DNA of 64,000 bases from positions 24,304,001 to 24,368,000 of the forward strand of contig CM074513.1 in assembly GCA_037379345.1 (NCBI GenBank). Reading direction: 5' to 3'. Shown here piece after piece: positions 1 through 12,800 of this stretch. Each line of letters begins with the position of its first letter. Position 1 is the stretch's first letter. Source of the DNA: Perna viridis (Eukaryota). The notes under the pieces were generated by a model, which saw only the letters and a list, made by a program, of their open reading frames with translations, made no database searches and was not told the DNA's origin. The position numbers and the translations under genes were made by a program.

Positions 1-335
1 AAAATGACCCAAAATATATGATGGTATGGGTCAAAGGCCCATGTTTATTGTGTAAAAATAATGCATTATTTATGTTATTGACCCATTGTAATATTTGAAA
101 TCATCCATTTCATGTCACAGGAATGTGTAATTAACCAGTATGGGAAAATTCAAGAGTTATCTCTGGACTCGAACCAAATGAAATTAATCAGTCCACTGCA
201 AGTTCAGATAATTACTACAACATTCAAACAGATGGAAGGACAGATGTAAATAATTTTGATGGTTGAATGAACAAGATAATACCAACAGATCAGTTATTAG
301 TGGAGGTACTAAATCCAAATAGGTGGATTTCTTAC

Positions 336-811
336 ATAATTGATAATTTGCCATACTACTGCCAAGATTCAACATGGTATTACCTCTACTACGGCTATAA
401 GCATCAAACTTTTCAATGATCTCCATATCATCATCATTCATACGAACATCACAAACCCGTTCCATCATTTCTACTGTCAGGGTGAAAGCTGGACCAGCTA
501 AAATCTTTCCCCATTCAGCCTCTTTCTCTGTGACATTATTACCTATGCATTTAATAAAGTTATTGAAAATTTGGCAGCTAGCACCAGGGGTCAGATCAGG
601 AGACATTTTCACATAGGTATCCATGCACTGGTACATCTTATCGAATTCTGTAGCATCACCAGCATAGGTTGGCAGGGGTAGAGTCACTGCAGGGCATGAT
701 GGGTAATTTGTTCTATGATACAGTTCAAAGGTTGCCTTGCCAAGCATAAATATAATGTTGTTACAACCTCTTGTGTGTTGTTCAAAGCAGGTCTTGACAC
801 TGTTCATGTGG
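336..811 (-). CDS. Exon 72 (2-1), closes block D2; alternative in-phase donor at 384
   Basis: [21 protein letters not shown]..; gene probably continues beyond the left edge. Confidence 0.8.
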
Positions 812-3800
812 CTAAAACATACAAAAATGCAGGTTTACTTTTGGGTACTGCAACAATTGAATGAGCCTAAAAAGAAAGCCCTGAAATATGGTTAAATAAT
901 ACTAAACAGATTGAACTAGAAAATTAACATGAAATAAGACATCAGATATTCCATGTTCACTAGCCCATGTTGGACATTAAAAATTTAACTTAAAAATTTG
1001 TACACATCGAAAGTGATCCTTTTCTTGAACTAAATTATTTTCTTGATTTAGGAAGATGTTCAGTAAGTAAAAATGCATTGAAACTGCTATGAAGAGATTT
1101 CATAAAATATATGAATTTGACAGGCACTGGAACTGATAAAAAGGGACTTCAGAAGACATCTTGAATTAGCCAAGTTTCAGGTTTAATCCAGATCTAAATA
1201 AGACAAATTTCACTATACGTGTATATATTATGAGACGATGGCAAAGTAAATGATAAAATAAGTTCATTAATACTAAAATCTATGCATATAGTCTTAAATT
1301 GGGTCCAGCTAAATTGATTTTTAATGTAAGCCCTTGCAAACAGTAGGAAGTTAAAAGAGTAAACTCTACCAATGATATAGTAAATCAAGCCTTACCTGCA
1401 GTCAGTACTGGTGTACTTAGCAGCACAGCCATAAGCCTCTCCCAAGTTGCAGGTCGGTGGTGGAGTACAGGACCCTCTAGAATAAGTTTCAGTAACAAGA
1501 TCTTTCTCAGGGCATCTCTGTAGAGAATTTATCCACCACATTTCCATAAAGCCATTAATTTGATGTAGCTGGTATGATGAACAGTTGTAGGAGTTTTTGT
1601 TCACACATTCCGATATTGTTATTATATCACTGAAAATGAAAATGTCAAGTGTGATTATTTTGTTCATGCAATTAACATAAAAGTGCTGTTGACATGATCA
1701 TTTTAGCAAAATCTGTCAAATGAATTTTGCAGGAATTAACTGTTTGTTTCTTTAAAGGAGAGAAATTCTATTTCATGAGAAAATAAATCAACTTTTATTA
1801 GTGTGCTACATGCACACTGTATTAGCCAAAAAAAAGCAAATATAAACACACTGCTAAAAAATTTACATTAAACTTTTAACACCTACTGATATATTTATCA
1901 TTCATTCACACGACCCCTGTCGAAAACTGTTTTTGCATGTTTAAAGGAAAGATATCCTATTGCATGAGAAATAAATTCACAAGTTTTTCTGTACACTACA
2001 CAAGAACTATATATAAACTGCTAAAACTTTTTATATCAAACTTTTCATACCTACATATGCATGTATATTATCATACCTGTTAACCCTCCCACATTACAGG
2101 GAAACTCTAACAAAATCAATGAAAAATTTAGACTCTTCCAAATGGAAATATGGATTTCGGTTAAAATTACAGTATTTTCTGTGAAAAGTACTAAATAATT
2201 GAACTTTTTACTCAAAAAATTTGTTTTTATGCAAGAATTTCCCACATGAGACAGAAATAATGGGAGAAAATCTCCCATATAAGCTGTTCCAAAGGTTAAC
2301 AGGTATAAAATCATTCACAAAAACTTACCCACAAGGACTTGTCATTGTAAAGCTTTCAGTACAAGTCTTCACAGCCATTACATCACATTTAGCTCCAACA
2401 AAGGCATTTGGGTCAGCACATTCTGTCATGGCCGTCAACAATGGGCACCTGTTACCCATGATGGACTGTATGTAATGCCTCATAGAGTTCATGTACTGTT
2501 GGTCCCCAAGACTGCAGTGTTCTGTGTTGTGGTACACACATGTAACTGCTCTAGATAGATGCCTGTAATGACAATTAAATGGTCAGAAATGGGGCATTAA
2601 CAGTTAAAAGTATTAAAGAACAGCACAAGGTCTAATATTCACTTTTTTCTTAATTGTTCAAAGAATTTTTGAGAGCTTTTTGTTTGCAAGGTGTAAATTC
2701 TTCTTTAAAATGACAAACAAGTTCCATTTTGCTATAGTTTAATATGTAAGTGATGTGAAAAGCATGAAAACCCAGTCATCACTGTAATTGAATAAAAATG
2801 TCACTTTATGTAAAAACATTACATCCTTTTGAAGCCTAGTTCAAATCATGTCAACATCTGTAATACATCAGTTATTGTTTAATTATATCAACATCTGTAA
2901 TACATCAGTTATTGTTTAATTATATCAACATCTGTAATACATCAGTTATTGTTTAATTATATCAACATCTGTAATACATCAGTTATTGTTTAATCAAAAT
3001 ATCAAAGTTTAAACAAAGACAGTAGTGTAGTTTCTAGCTGATATAGTTTATAAGGAAACCAGAAAAAAACTGTGAGCAAAGATCACTAAACCATCTTCCA
3101 ACTAGAGTAACTACTGTTAAAGTACTATTGGTTGTGGGGTTCCAGTTTTCGTGGTTTTCATGGGTAGGTCAAACCATGAATTTGGTTCCCAACAAATAGT
3201 TGATTCCAATTGGTGTGTATACTGATAACTTCAAAACCACAAATTCAAGAATCCAGGAATTTGAGTTTCTTCCCTGATTCACCAAAATTGGTATCCACGA
3301 ATAAAAGTCCTTTCAGAGTATATGGTCAAAATATAACAGGAAGATGATGTTGCTTCAGTCTAAAATTAAATCTAACAAAATCTCCTGTGTTTATGTAAAG
3401 CTGTTGTCAAAAATATCGTGTGGCTGTAAGAGGTATTTGCAAAGAAAACTGTAAAAAAAAAGTTGTGGATAGACAAACCCCACCGACATCATGTTATACC
3501 TTTAAACAAAATGAAAAAAGTGGAGATATCAAAACATAATGATGTTAGTATTTACTTACATGCAAACCTGGTGATCAGGTAATGATTTTGATGACAGGAA
3601 TTTGATAGCAGAGGCAATACATTCTCCTGCCTTTTCAACCTGACATGTTGCTGGCATGGTCAAATTGAGAGCTTTGTCATAACATATGGGATTCTCATTC
3701 TGCATAACTTGTATAATATGATACTTCTGTCGTTTTTCTGCAGAACATTCATCTAGTTTGGTTTTCAGAGTTTCCTTCAAATTTCCCATAATGCTGAAGC

Positions 3801-6800
3801 ATAAAGGTGAATGTTGGAAAAAAAATGTATGCTTATTTATATTTTTCAGGATGAAAAAAAAAATATGCAGTTTTGTGTAAAGAAACATCAGTGGTATAGA
3901 CATCTTTACACTCATGGATGCCATTGACAAAAATCATATATTTTCCTGTTGTTTATGTACTAAATTCTACTTCAACTTGAAGATTAATGATGTCACAATT
4001 TAAAATTACATTGTTTCATTGACATCAAAGGTTGTTCGGATACAAATCTGGGGTCGTTCAGAGCAAAATGACAAGTGTGAATTCATATATTGCGACAGTA
4101 AAATTTAATTTAAAAGTAAAAAAAAAATGAAAATCAAAATTCTTGACTGAAATTTTGTATTAAAAGTTGGTACAATATTTTCAATGATCTTAATTGTTTT
4201 AAAAATTCAAAACAACTTACAGACACATCACAGCGTATGACTCCTGGGTTTTGAATGGCCCTGATACAAAGTAAGTGGCAGCATTGGAAATCATAGCCGA
4301 TATATACCAAGTATCACATACATCATCTTCTAAAATATAAAACACACTAAATGCACAATGTATTAATGACAACAACTTAATTTATAAATTGATTCAGATA
4401 TTGTGGACTAAACATAGCAGAAAGTCACTATAAAACAGGGATGATTTTACAAGGTCATCAAACAAAGCATAAACTGGTAATCGGAAATAAATAAACAGTA
4501 AAAAAGTAATAAATGTAACAGTATACTCCAGATTTCAATTAGCGGAATTCCACTAAAAAGCAGAAAAAAGGTCATCCTTGATAAAAACAGTGAAAAATTA
4601 ATTTTGTGATCAATAGATAATTTTAAATAAACAGCCAAGCTCAAGCACATCATAAGCCTATTCCCCCTTTTTTTTATTTTTGGTTATCACAGTTTCACAG
4701 TTTCATTGGTCTCAGGTACATGTACATATATATTGTAGCATCTATAAATCAAAATCATCATATAATCAAAGAAATCTTTTTGAAATCAATTGCCATCAAT
4801 TACAGTATAAACTAACTTTCCTGAATATGAGTAAGAAGTTGATTCCACTGGTCATTAGACAGCATTTTATCTGTAGTCATGCTCTCGTTATAACCAACAA
4901 CATTCATCAAAACCCTACTGATATTGACAAGATGGTCTGAATACTCGTAACACATAAGGTCTCTGTATCTAGCATACTGGTCTCTCATGCCTCTAGCATA
5001 GATTGTTGGTACCATTTCACCATCAATCTTACTCAAGCAGTGTTCAAATGTATTAAGGGTTTCACAGTAGAGACCCTCAAAAGTGGCTGGTAAAGCTAAG
5101 GCCACTGTAAATGCAGTATCAAACTGAATTGCGCATCTTGCTACTGCATGTGTGTCATCCTGTCTTCTTGCTCTGTAAATATAAAGAAAAAACTAGAAAA
5201 AACTGTGAGCAATTTTCAATAACTTGATAGTATGCACCTTTTGACCTCCATATTGATATGGATAAAATTTAGACTTATATAGGAGGAGCACAATGGGAAT
5301 GTACAATAAACATTCTGTGAAAATCGTACTAAATTCCATTCAGTGGTGTAGGAAGAGCAACAGATAAGCATTGGGTTCCCCAATGTCCCTATTTTCATAA
5401 ATGACAAAGTCCATGTTTTGCTATGAGAAACCCAAAATTGATTTGCATCAAAATAATAATAAAAGGTGCACAATGGGAACATGCAATAAAGATTCTGTGA
5501 AAGTTTCACTGAATGCCATTCAGTGGTACAGGAGGAGAAACAGAAAAGAGACGGGTCGCCCTTGTCCCATATTCATAGATGACAAAGTCCATGTTAGCTA
5601 TGTGAAACCCCTAAACTGATTTGCATGAAAGTTACAATAAAATGTGTATAATGGGAACATGTAATAAAAATTCTGGGATGTTCTATTCAATTCCATTAAG
5701 TGGTGTAGGAGAAGAAGTAATGGATAAGAGATGGGATCCCCCATGTCCCATATTCATAAGTGACTAAGTTCATGTTCTGCTACAAATGTATGTGCTGAGC
5801 TACTTTCAATTTCGATAAAACAACAAAATATTTTTTTTACATTTGTGATTCTCTTTCAAAATGTGTCCTTGCATATGACATGTATAAAAACAAATCCTGA
5901 AATCTAGAACCAATATATTCATTTGAGTACTCATATCAGGTATTCATGAAAAAAAAATCTCAAACTTAGATTTTCTTCATTGTGTTCAACTCCTGAAGTT
6001 TTTCCTAAATTATTCAATATGAAGTTGTTGGTTGGATGGAATTTGAGTGGAGGAAGGATTTGACGAAAATCCAAATTCAAGCTTATTTATGATTTAAGAT
6101 AACTTGGCTCTGATATATTACTTCAGAAAACAGCACTAGCAAATCTGTATGGAGGTCATAACATGAATTTTTCCAGAAAAAAAGCTATAAAAGGATTTTT
6201 CTTCCAGAAAGTATTTCCTGTATATTCTACCACTGTTTGACAGACTTTATGTTTTACTGTTACCACTATGGGTACCAGAGTAGAGAGTTAACACTTCACA
6301 AACCTTTGATCAGCAACTGTTTGTAAGAACATCTTGACCTTTCTGTAACCTTGGCTAGACACATCTGTCAGATTACCAAGTACACCAGTGGCGTTCATCC
6401 TCATCACAACAAGTTTATTTAGCATGGCCGTAATTGGTGTCTCCCTGGTAGGTTCAGGCAGGTCAATCATCATAGATCTAGCTGTAACAAAGGCAACAGT
6501 GCGGGCAAAGTAATGGTCCAGGCGATCAGCTCTACGTTCCATTAACATGTGAGTAATATTCTTCTGACCACAGTTTACTATGTATTCTACCAAGCTAAGA
6601 TCCATTGTGTTCCATACTGATAATAGCTGCATGTAAGAACATCCATTGGTAAGGTCCATAAAGCATTTCATCATATTATCTCTCACAGTATCATCATCGA
6701 TCATACTGAAATATAACGATTAATGTAGGTAATTATTCTGTTGATACTTGTATCATATCATTAGTACAGTTACCTTACTGATCAAGGAAAAAAAATTCTG

Positions 6801-9800
6801 TCCAGGTATGTTTATTCATGAAAAACAGTGATTGTCATTCATCATAAACTAAGTTGATCCATTCATTCATGGATTTAGTCTTTTTTAAGATGTTATTTGA
6901 CAAAAAAAGAACCACATAAAATGATAAGCAAAGTATACTTCCATGTACTGTAAACATATTCATTTTCGTGGATTTGTCATATGAAAATATTAGCAGGTAT
7001 CAATTTTCATTGTTTCAAAAAATGAAAATCCAATTCGCTGGTACTGTATTACATTTTTTTTTTTTCGATCATGAAACAAGCCAAAATAGGTACACCACAA
7101 AAATCAATAAGTTTACAGTATAATTATCCTTAATTTTTCATGATTAGTTCAGGACACAAGTAACAAAAATATTTTGTATAATATCTTACCCACAACCTTT
7201 ATCCATGACAGGCTGCATACACTGTGTATAGACAAGATCAGGATGACATTTGGTCGGTGTTTTAAGTTCTGGGTGACATATATCTTGGTGCATCTGAAGG
7301 TGTGGACAGTGAGATACAGCCTGTCCAATCTTCTCTTTGTACATACTGTGGATACTTGACATATCATCTGATGGCTTACATCCAGAAGTCTGATTACCAA
7401 CACATGTCATCAATTCAGTCATCATCCTGCAAAATAAAATGGTTCCTATAAACTGTGAACGTTACATTCATTGGAATAAATTTAGGAGAAAACAGACAAA
7501 TGAAAATCAATAATCAATTAACTTTGTGAGCATAACAGTCAACTCTCCTACATGTCACTTGCTTCAAATTTAAACCTCCTATTACATGTACCCTAATTTA
7601 CTGAATGGTACCTTTTGTATAAAGAACAAATTTTTGAATACAGGAAGGACTATAGTTACTATAGTATCAGTCTTTATAAAAATCAGACAGAAAGTCAAAA
7701 ACTCATCAAATTCAGTTTTATTTCTGTTCTGTACTGATCACATAACCAGTCTTAATTTTTCATTAGGTTGTTCCATTTTTGAGAAAAAAAAATTATAGAT
7801 AATACATAAAACTGGCACTTTGCAAGAGTTATTGTTCTTGATTTGGTTTCATTTGGTTAGTTTCAGTTGGGAGATAAATGCTTGGTTTTCTTAAAAAATG
7901 CAGATCTGAATGCAGAAATGATTACCATTATGTGAAAGTATAAGATATGTTGACCAAAAAAGCATCGTTTGTTTGGTGGGTTCTTCTTGACCATGAATCA
8001 CTTTACCACTGGCAGTGTGAGTTTTATGTGGACTGGTACTTAAAAATATAGTATATGTAAATCAAAAAGTATTGTCTGTTAAGGTGGGTTCTTCTAAACC
8101 ATGAATCAACTATACCACAGGAAGTGTTTGAATTTCATCTGGACTGGTACTTAAATAAATACATGTAGATGAAATGATACTTACCAACAGAACACATTCT
8201 TCTCATTAGAGCTCATTCCAATTTTAAATTTGTTCATGACCATATGACGATCAAAACATTGCAAGGCTGCAGTCTTGTTACAAACAGTACCAGTCACGTT
8301 CTTGCAGAATACCTCTCGTTTTGGCATAACCATTGGACAGTAGCCTTCACCTACTGTCTGCATAACAGCTTTAATGCCTTTGTAGGCAGCCAGTTTTTCA
8401 TATTCTGAACACTTATTGTGCTTTTGAGCCCATTCCAATGTTATCATGGTGTCATTCAATTGTCTGTTAAATAGACAATAAAGTTTATATATTTTTCCTT
8501 CACCTGACTATTTGCTCTCAACCTTTGTTTTAAATTTTGTTTTGGATAATAATTAAGCTATTTAATGAGTCCTACGGCAGTTTGTCAATACTTTTAAATA
8601 GAGTCTCACCAACTGAGCAATATTCAAAACATTACAAATTATTTGTATTTATTGCAAAATCGACAATTAATTCAACTAATATAACTTTTCATGGATATCT
8701 TAAGCTGATGGTTGATTGAGATGGCACAAAAAAAGCAAGAAAATCGATTTGAGTGAAAATTGCCAAAAATACATTTTTACCACTATTTTGCCTCTAACAA
8801 AATTACGAATACGTAAAAGCCTTTGTATCCTTAGGTTCAAATATATTTTTCCAATCATAAAATAACAATAAAATATAATACAGTCAACCAACCCGCAAAA
8901 GCCCTTTCTATCTGCAGATGGATTCATGGCAGCTAATGCCAACCCTACAATACTTCTGGTTCCACATTCATAGTCTCGCCTATCTGCTGAGCATTGGCTT
9001 TCAAATAAACCATGCTTAATCAATGGTACAATGTCTCCCATCTGTCGGGTCTCAGACATAACGCATGTAGAGGCATGCTTCTCAATACAGTCAAGATTCT
9101 TATAAACCAAGCTGAAAATTGTATAAGTTTATTTCGAATAATTTTTTTTTTAAAATGTCACATTCTAAAGAAAAATCAATTACCGGTATACTTAATATTG
9201 GGCTTTCAGTACAAGTCACTTATCCAAACCTTTCAAAATGACTAGTCAGAAACAATTATTGCAAACATCTTCCATATATACAAATTAAAATAATATTACC
9301 GGAATATATATGGCTAATTGTGCATACTATAGTTGAGAACATGTAAAAATGAAAGCTTACAAATTATCCATGAATTAATCTGAACCTATTGGCATCATCA
9401 TGTAGTAATTGAGCACAACTGAAGCTTAGCAAGAAACATAACCATTACCTTTCATCCAGTTTGCCATCGGCTGCGATAACAGGTACTAGATTGGCTAGAC
9501 ACATCAAGGCAGTCATTGGTTTACATTCCTTATCCTTCTCTGTACAAACAGATAGGATTATAAATACATAGGTGTTAACTCTCCCTATGTTGGCAGGAGA
9601 CTTCTGATATTTCATGAAAAATTCAATATTCTCCCCTTTCGTGCCTGTGTCAAAGCCAGAGATTTATGTGCATTCATGGAAATTTTTCAGTTTTATTTGA
9701 ATTTTCAGTTCAAAATCAAAACTGCTTCAATTCCTGCCAAAACATATAAAAACAAAGACCCTGATAAATCTTCTACTTAGAGAAAATATAGGGAGATTTC

Positions 9801-12800
9801 CCACTTTAGAATTTTCAAAGGTTACACCTATATAAATATCATGACTGTTATACTATTTCATAATAAATGTTAGGAAAAAATTATGCTTAAGAAAAAAAAA
9901 TCATTGTAGAGGTGAAATTATGATTTTGTGGCATTTGGTATGATTTCGAACATTTTATTTTTCATAAATAACAAAATGAAAAGATTTTAAATTTCGCTGT
10001 TGCAAAAAAATAAGATATAACAATTATTATTTTATTATCCTTAGAGTTACCATTGATAAAGTAATAAATTGTGTCAAGGTATCATATATTAACATAAAAA
10101 CCTGTCTAAACTAAACCCTGAAGAAACTGACAACCTGTCTAACTATTTATCTTCTTAAGTCTTTTAAAATTATTTTCAATGAAATTTTAACCTGTAAATA
10201 ACAAAACACCTCCCTAAAGTGGATACAAATTTCAGTTCCTATTGAGGTTGGTTTAGACAAGTTTCAATGTATTTTAAACCTTCTGGCCATAGTTTTTCCT
10301 TATTATTAGTTTTATTAACCCTCCTACCCTAAATTTGTCAAACTGGGAAACCAATAAAATAGAAAATGTTGATTTTGTTGTTGTTGATTATTTCTCCTCC
10401 AACCCAGTGTTTTTCATGCAGAAAAAAACAAAATAATAATGATTCTAATAAAAGATAATTTCTGCATTTAAGAATCTGAATTTATACTATATTTGATGTA
10501 GTTAGTTGTTGTACATCAGTTTTTAATTTCAAACTGTGTCAAAAAAAAGAATAAGTGTTAGAATTGTTACATTGTAAGATAATCTCCTTGTGAAATAAAC
10601 AAAAAAATATTTTTTATCTTGATAAGGTTGGTACTGAAAAAAAATTAACAGCAGTTCAATTTTTTTCTCGACCTCTTCTGTTTGAGTTCTATAAAAGAAA
10701 ATAAAAGAAAATAAAAGATTTGTAAAACTAATATAATAATAACTATGGCCAAATGTAAGAAATGTCTTATTACCTTCCATCATAGACCATTTATATTTGT
10801 TACACATGTTACCAGAACAGAACTGGACATTTTCTCCAAAGGTAGAGCCATACAATGGATACATACATCCTTTCTTTATCATTGTATTGTTCCTGATCAA
10901 TGTGAAACAACCCTGAAAGTGGAGTAATATACATTAACACTACCTTCAAACTACAATCATAGCTGTTGTAATACTGTAAATTGAGAAATCACTACATGTA
11001 CATGTATTAGGTACTGCAATTTTGTTACTTTAGCTGAAAATGTGATATCAATTTTTGCAGTTTTGCTTCTATTTCAGTGTTAAAAATTATATTATGCTTA
11101 TGTTACTGCAGTGACAGAAACACTACAATAATATTTGATCTCACAGTAATCATAAATAGAATAAATATAATACATGGTCATTGGTATGTACAGAATTTTA
11201 CCTTATAAAGATTTCTTAGTGAATGCAGTATTACAAAATCATAAAATGGCAAAAGATAATTAGTTAGCTGAATGCTGAAAACTTTCAAAGGTACAGGGAA
11301 ATGGAAAATAAAAGAGATCCACAAAGGTATCTAAAACAAACGAACAGAGAAAAGGGGTAACCTAAATAGAAAATAAAAGGGATCTAAGGGTCCACAAAGG
11401 TATATAAAACAAACAACAGAGAAAAGGGGTAACCTAAATAGAAAATAAAAGGGATCCAAGAGTCAACAAAGGTATATAGAAACAATATCTTTGATATGAA
11501 GTCTTGATGGTCCTTTGTAATTAATTCTCTCATGATATGAGACAGCCCTTACCTGTCCAGGTTGACAGTGCTCTGGTGTTTGTCTGTTGCACTCTATATT
11601 GTCTTTCTCCCCATCACAAGAATAACATTTCTGGCCTGAAGTCAGAAAAATAGGTAAGTTATGTGCCAAATTTTATATTTTACCGTGTGTGCATTTACAC
11701 AGATTTCAATCATCACAGAGAAAACATACAATATGATGTTAAGTTGACTTTGTATCAAACGATGAACTTTACCTAAGTTAGAAAAATCTAGCACACTATA
11801 TCTGTTACCTGTCTTGGATGACAAAAAAAAATTCACAAAAGTTTCACACTACAATTACCAGGTCAATGACATTAGATTGAGTGTTTGCATCCAGATGGCT
11901 CTGGTACTGATAAGATTGCTCCATAGTATGAGTCCTTCTCCATGCTGATGGCTCAAACAGTGCTCTCTTGATTAATATGAGAATTTAACTGATTCTACAC
12001 ATTTTCCCCATATTACTTCTATACAATGATCCATCTTAGATACACAAGATATAACTTACCCATACAGACAGCAGAAACAGCATGAGACAGCGCTTGAAGT
12101 GTTGCATTCATCAGTGCCCTTTTACTCTGTGGTAGAATTGGGAGGTAGGCCATGGCACCATGCATCACCTCCACCATACTAGAACATGTTGTCAATTTCT
12201 TTACACCCATGACCTGCATCAGCCCTTCTATCATCTCAGTATTGTTTGGCTTCATGTGAAGGTCGAAGTATCCCATGGCTGCCTTAGTTAGTTCGCCTTT
12301 CATTCTATCCTTCATTGATTCTACCAATCCACGGTTCAAGTAGTCCCAGCGGTTGAAGTATTCTTTTTCTTCATCCTTCATCAGGAATGTATTGATCTGG
12401 TCCATCATCTGGCCAATCTTCACGTAGGCAAGTGTGTGATAGGCTGAAGTCACAATTTCATGTCCGTCTCCCATTCCAACAATAATTTTCATGACATCAT
12501 TCATTACCATATTGACAGAAATACCCATCTTCTTCATTCTTTCTTCTCCAACCTTTTCAGTCATTTCCTTCATGATATAGTTAGAAACATCCATCAAGTC
12601 CTTCATGGTTGGATCATTGTCAAGGTTCAGCATGGCAATTCTAACCCCCTTAACAAACTGTTCATCTCTTTCTACCAGACCCTCATTCATCATCACATAT
12701 TTAACCATATGCAACAAATCCATCATTAATGAATCACCTGTCACTCTCATATCTGACATTTTTTCCATCTGGTCGTCCATGTCTGATTTCCTATCCATTT

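Noticed and set aside
184-335. Read-through of exon 72 to the stop at 184 as the gene's hydrophobic C-terminus
   Set aside because: Two good phase-1 donors match the block-closing pattern and the downstream sequence looks intronic. Not fully excluded without cDNA.
2851-2994. 37-bp repeats as a CRISPR array
   Set aside because: No spacers; simple minisatellite.
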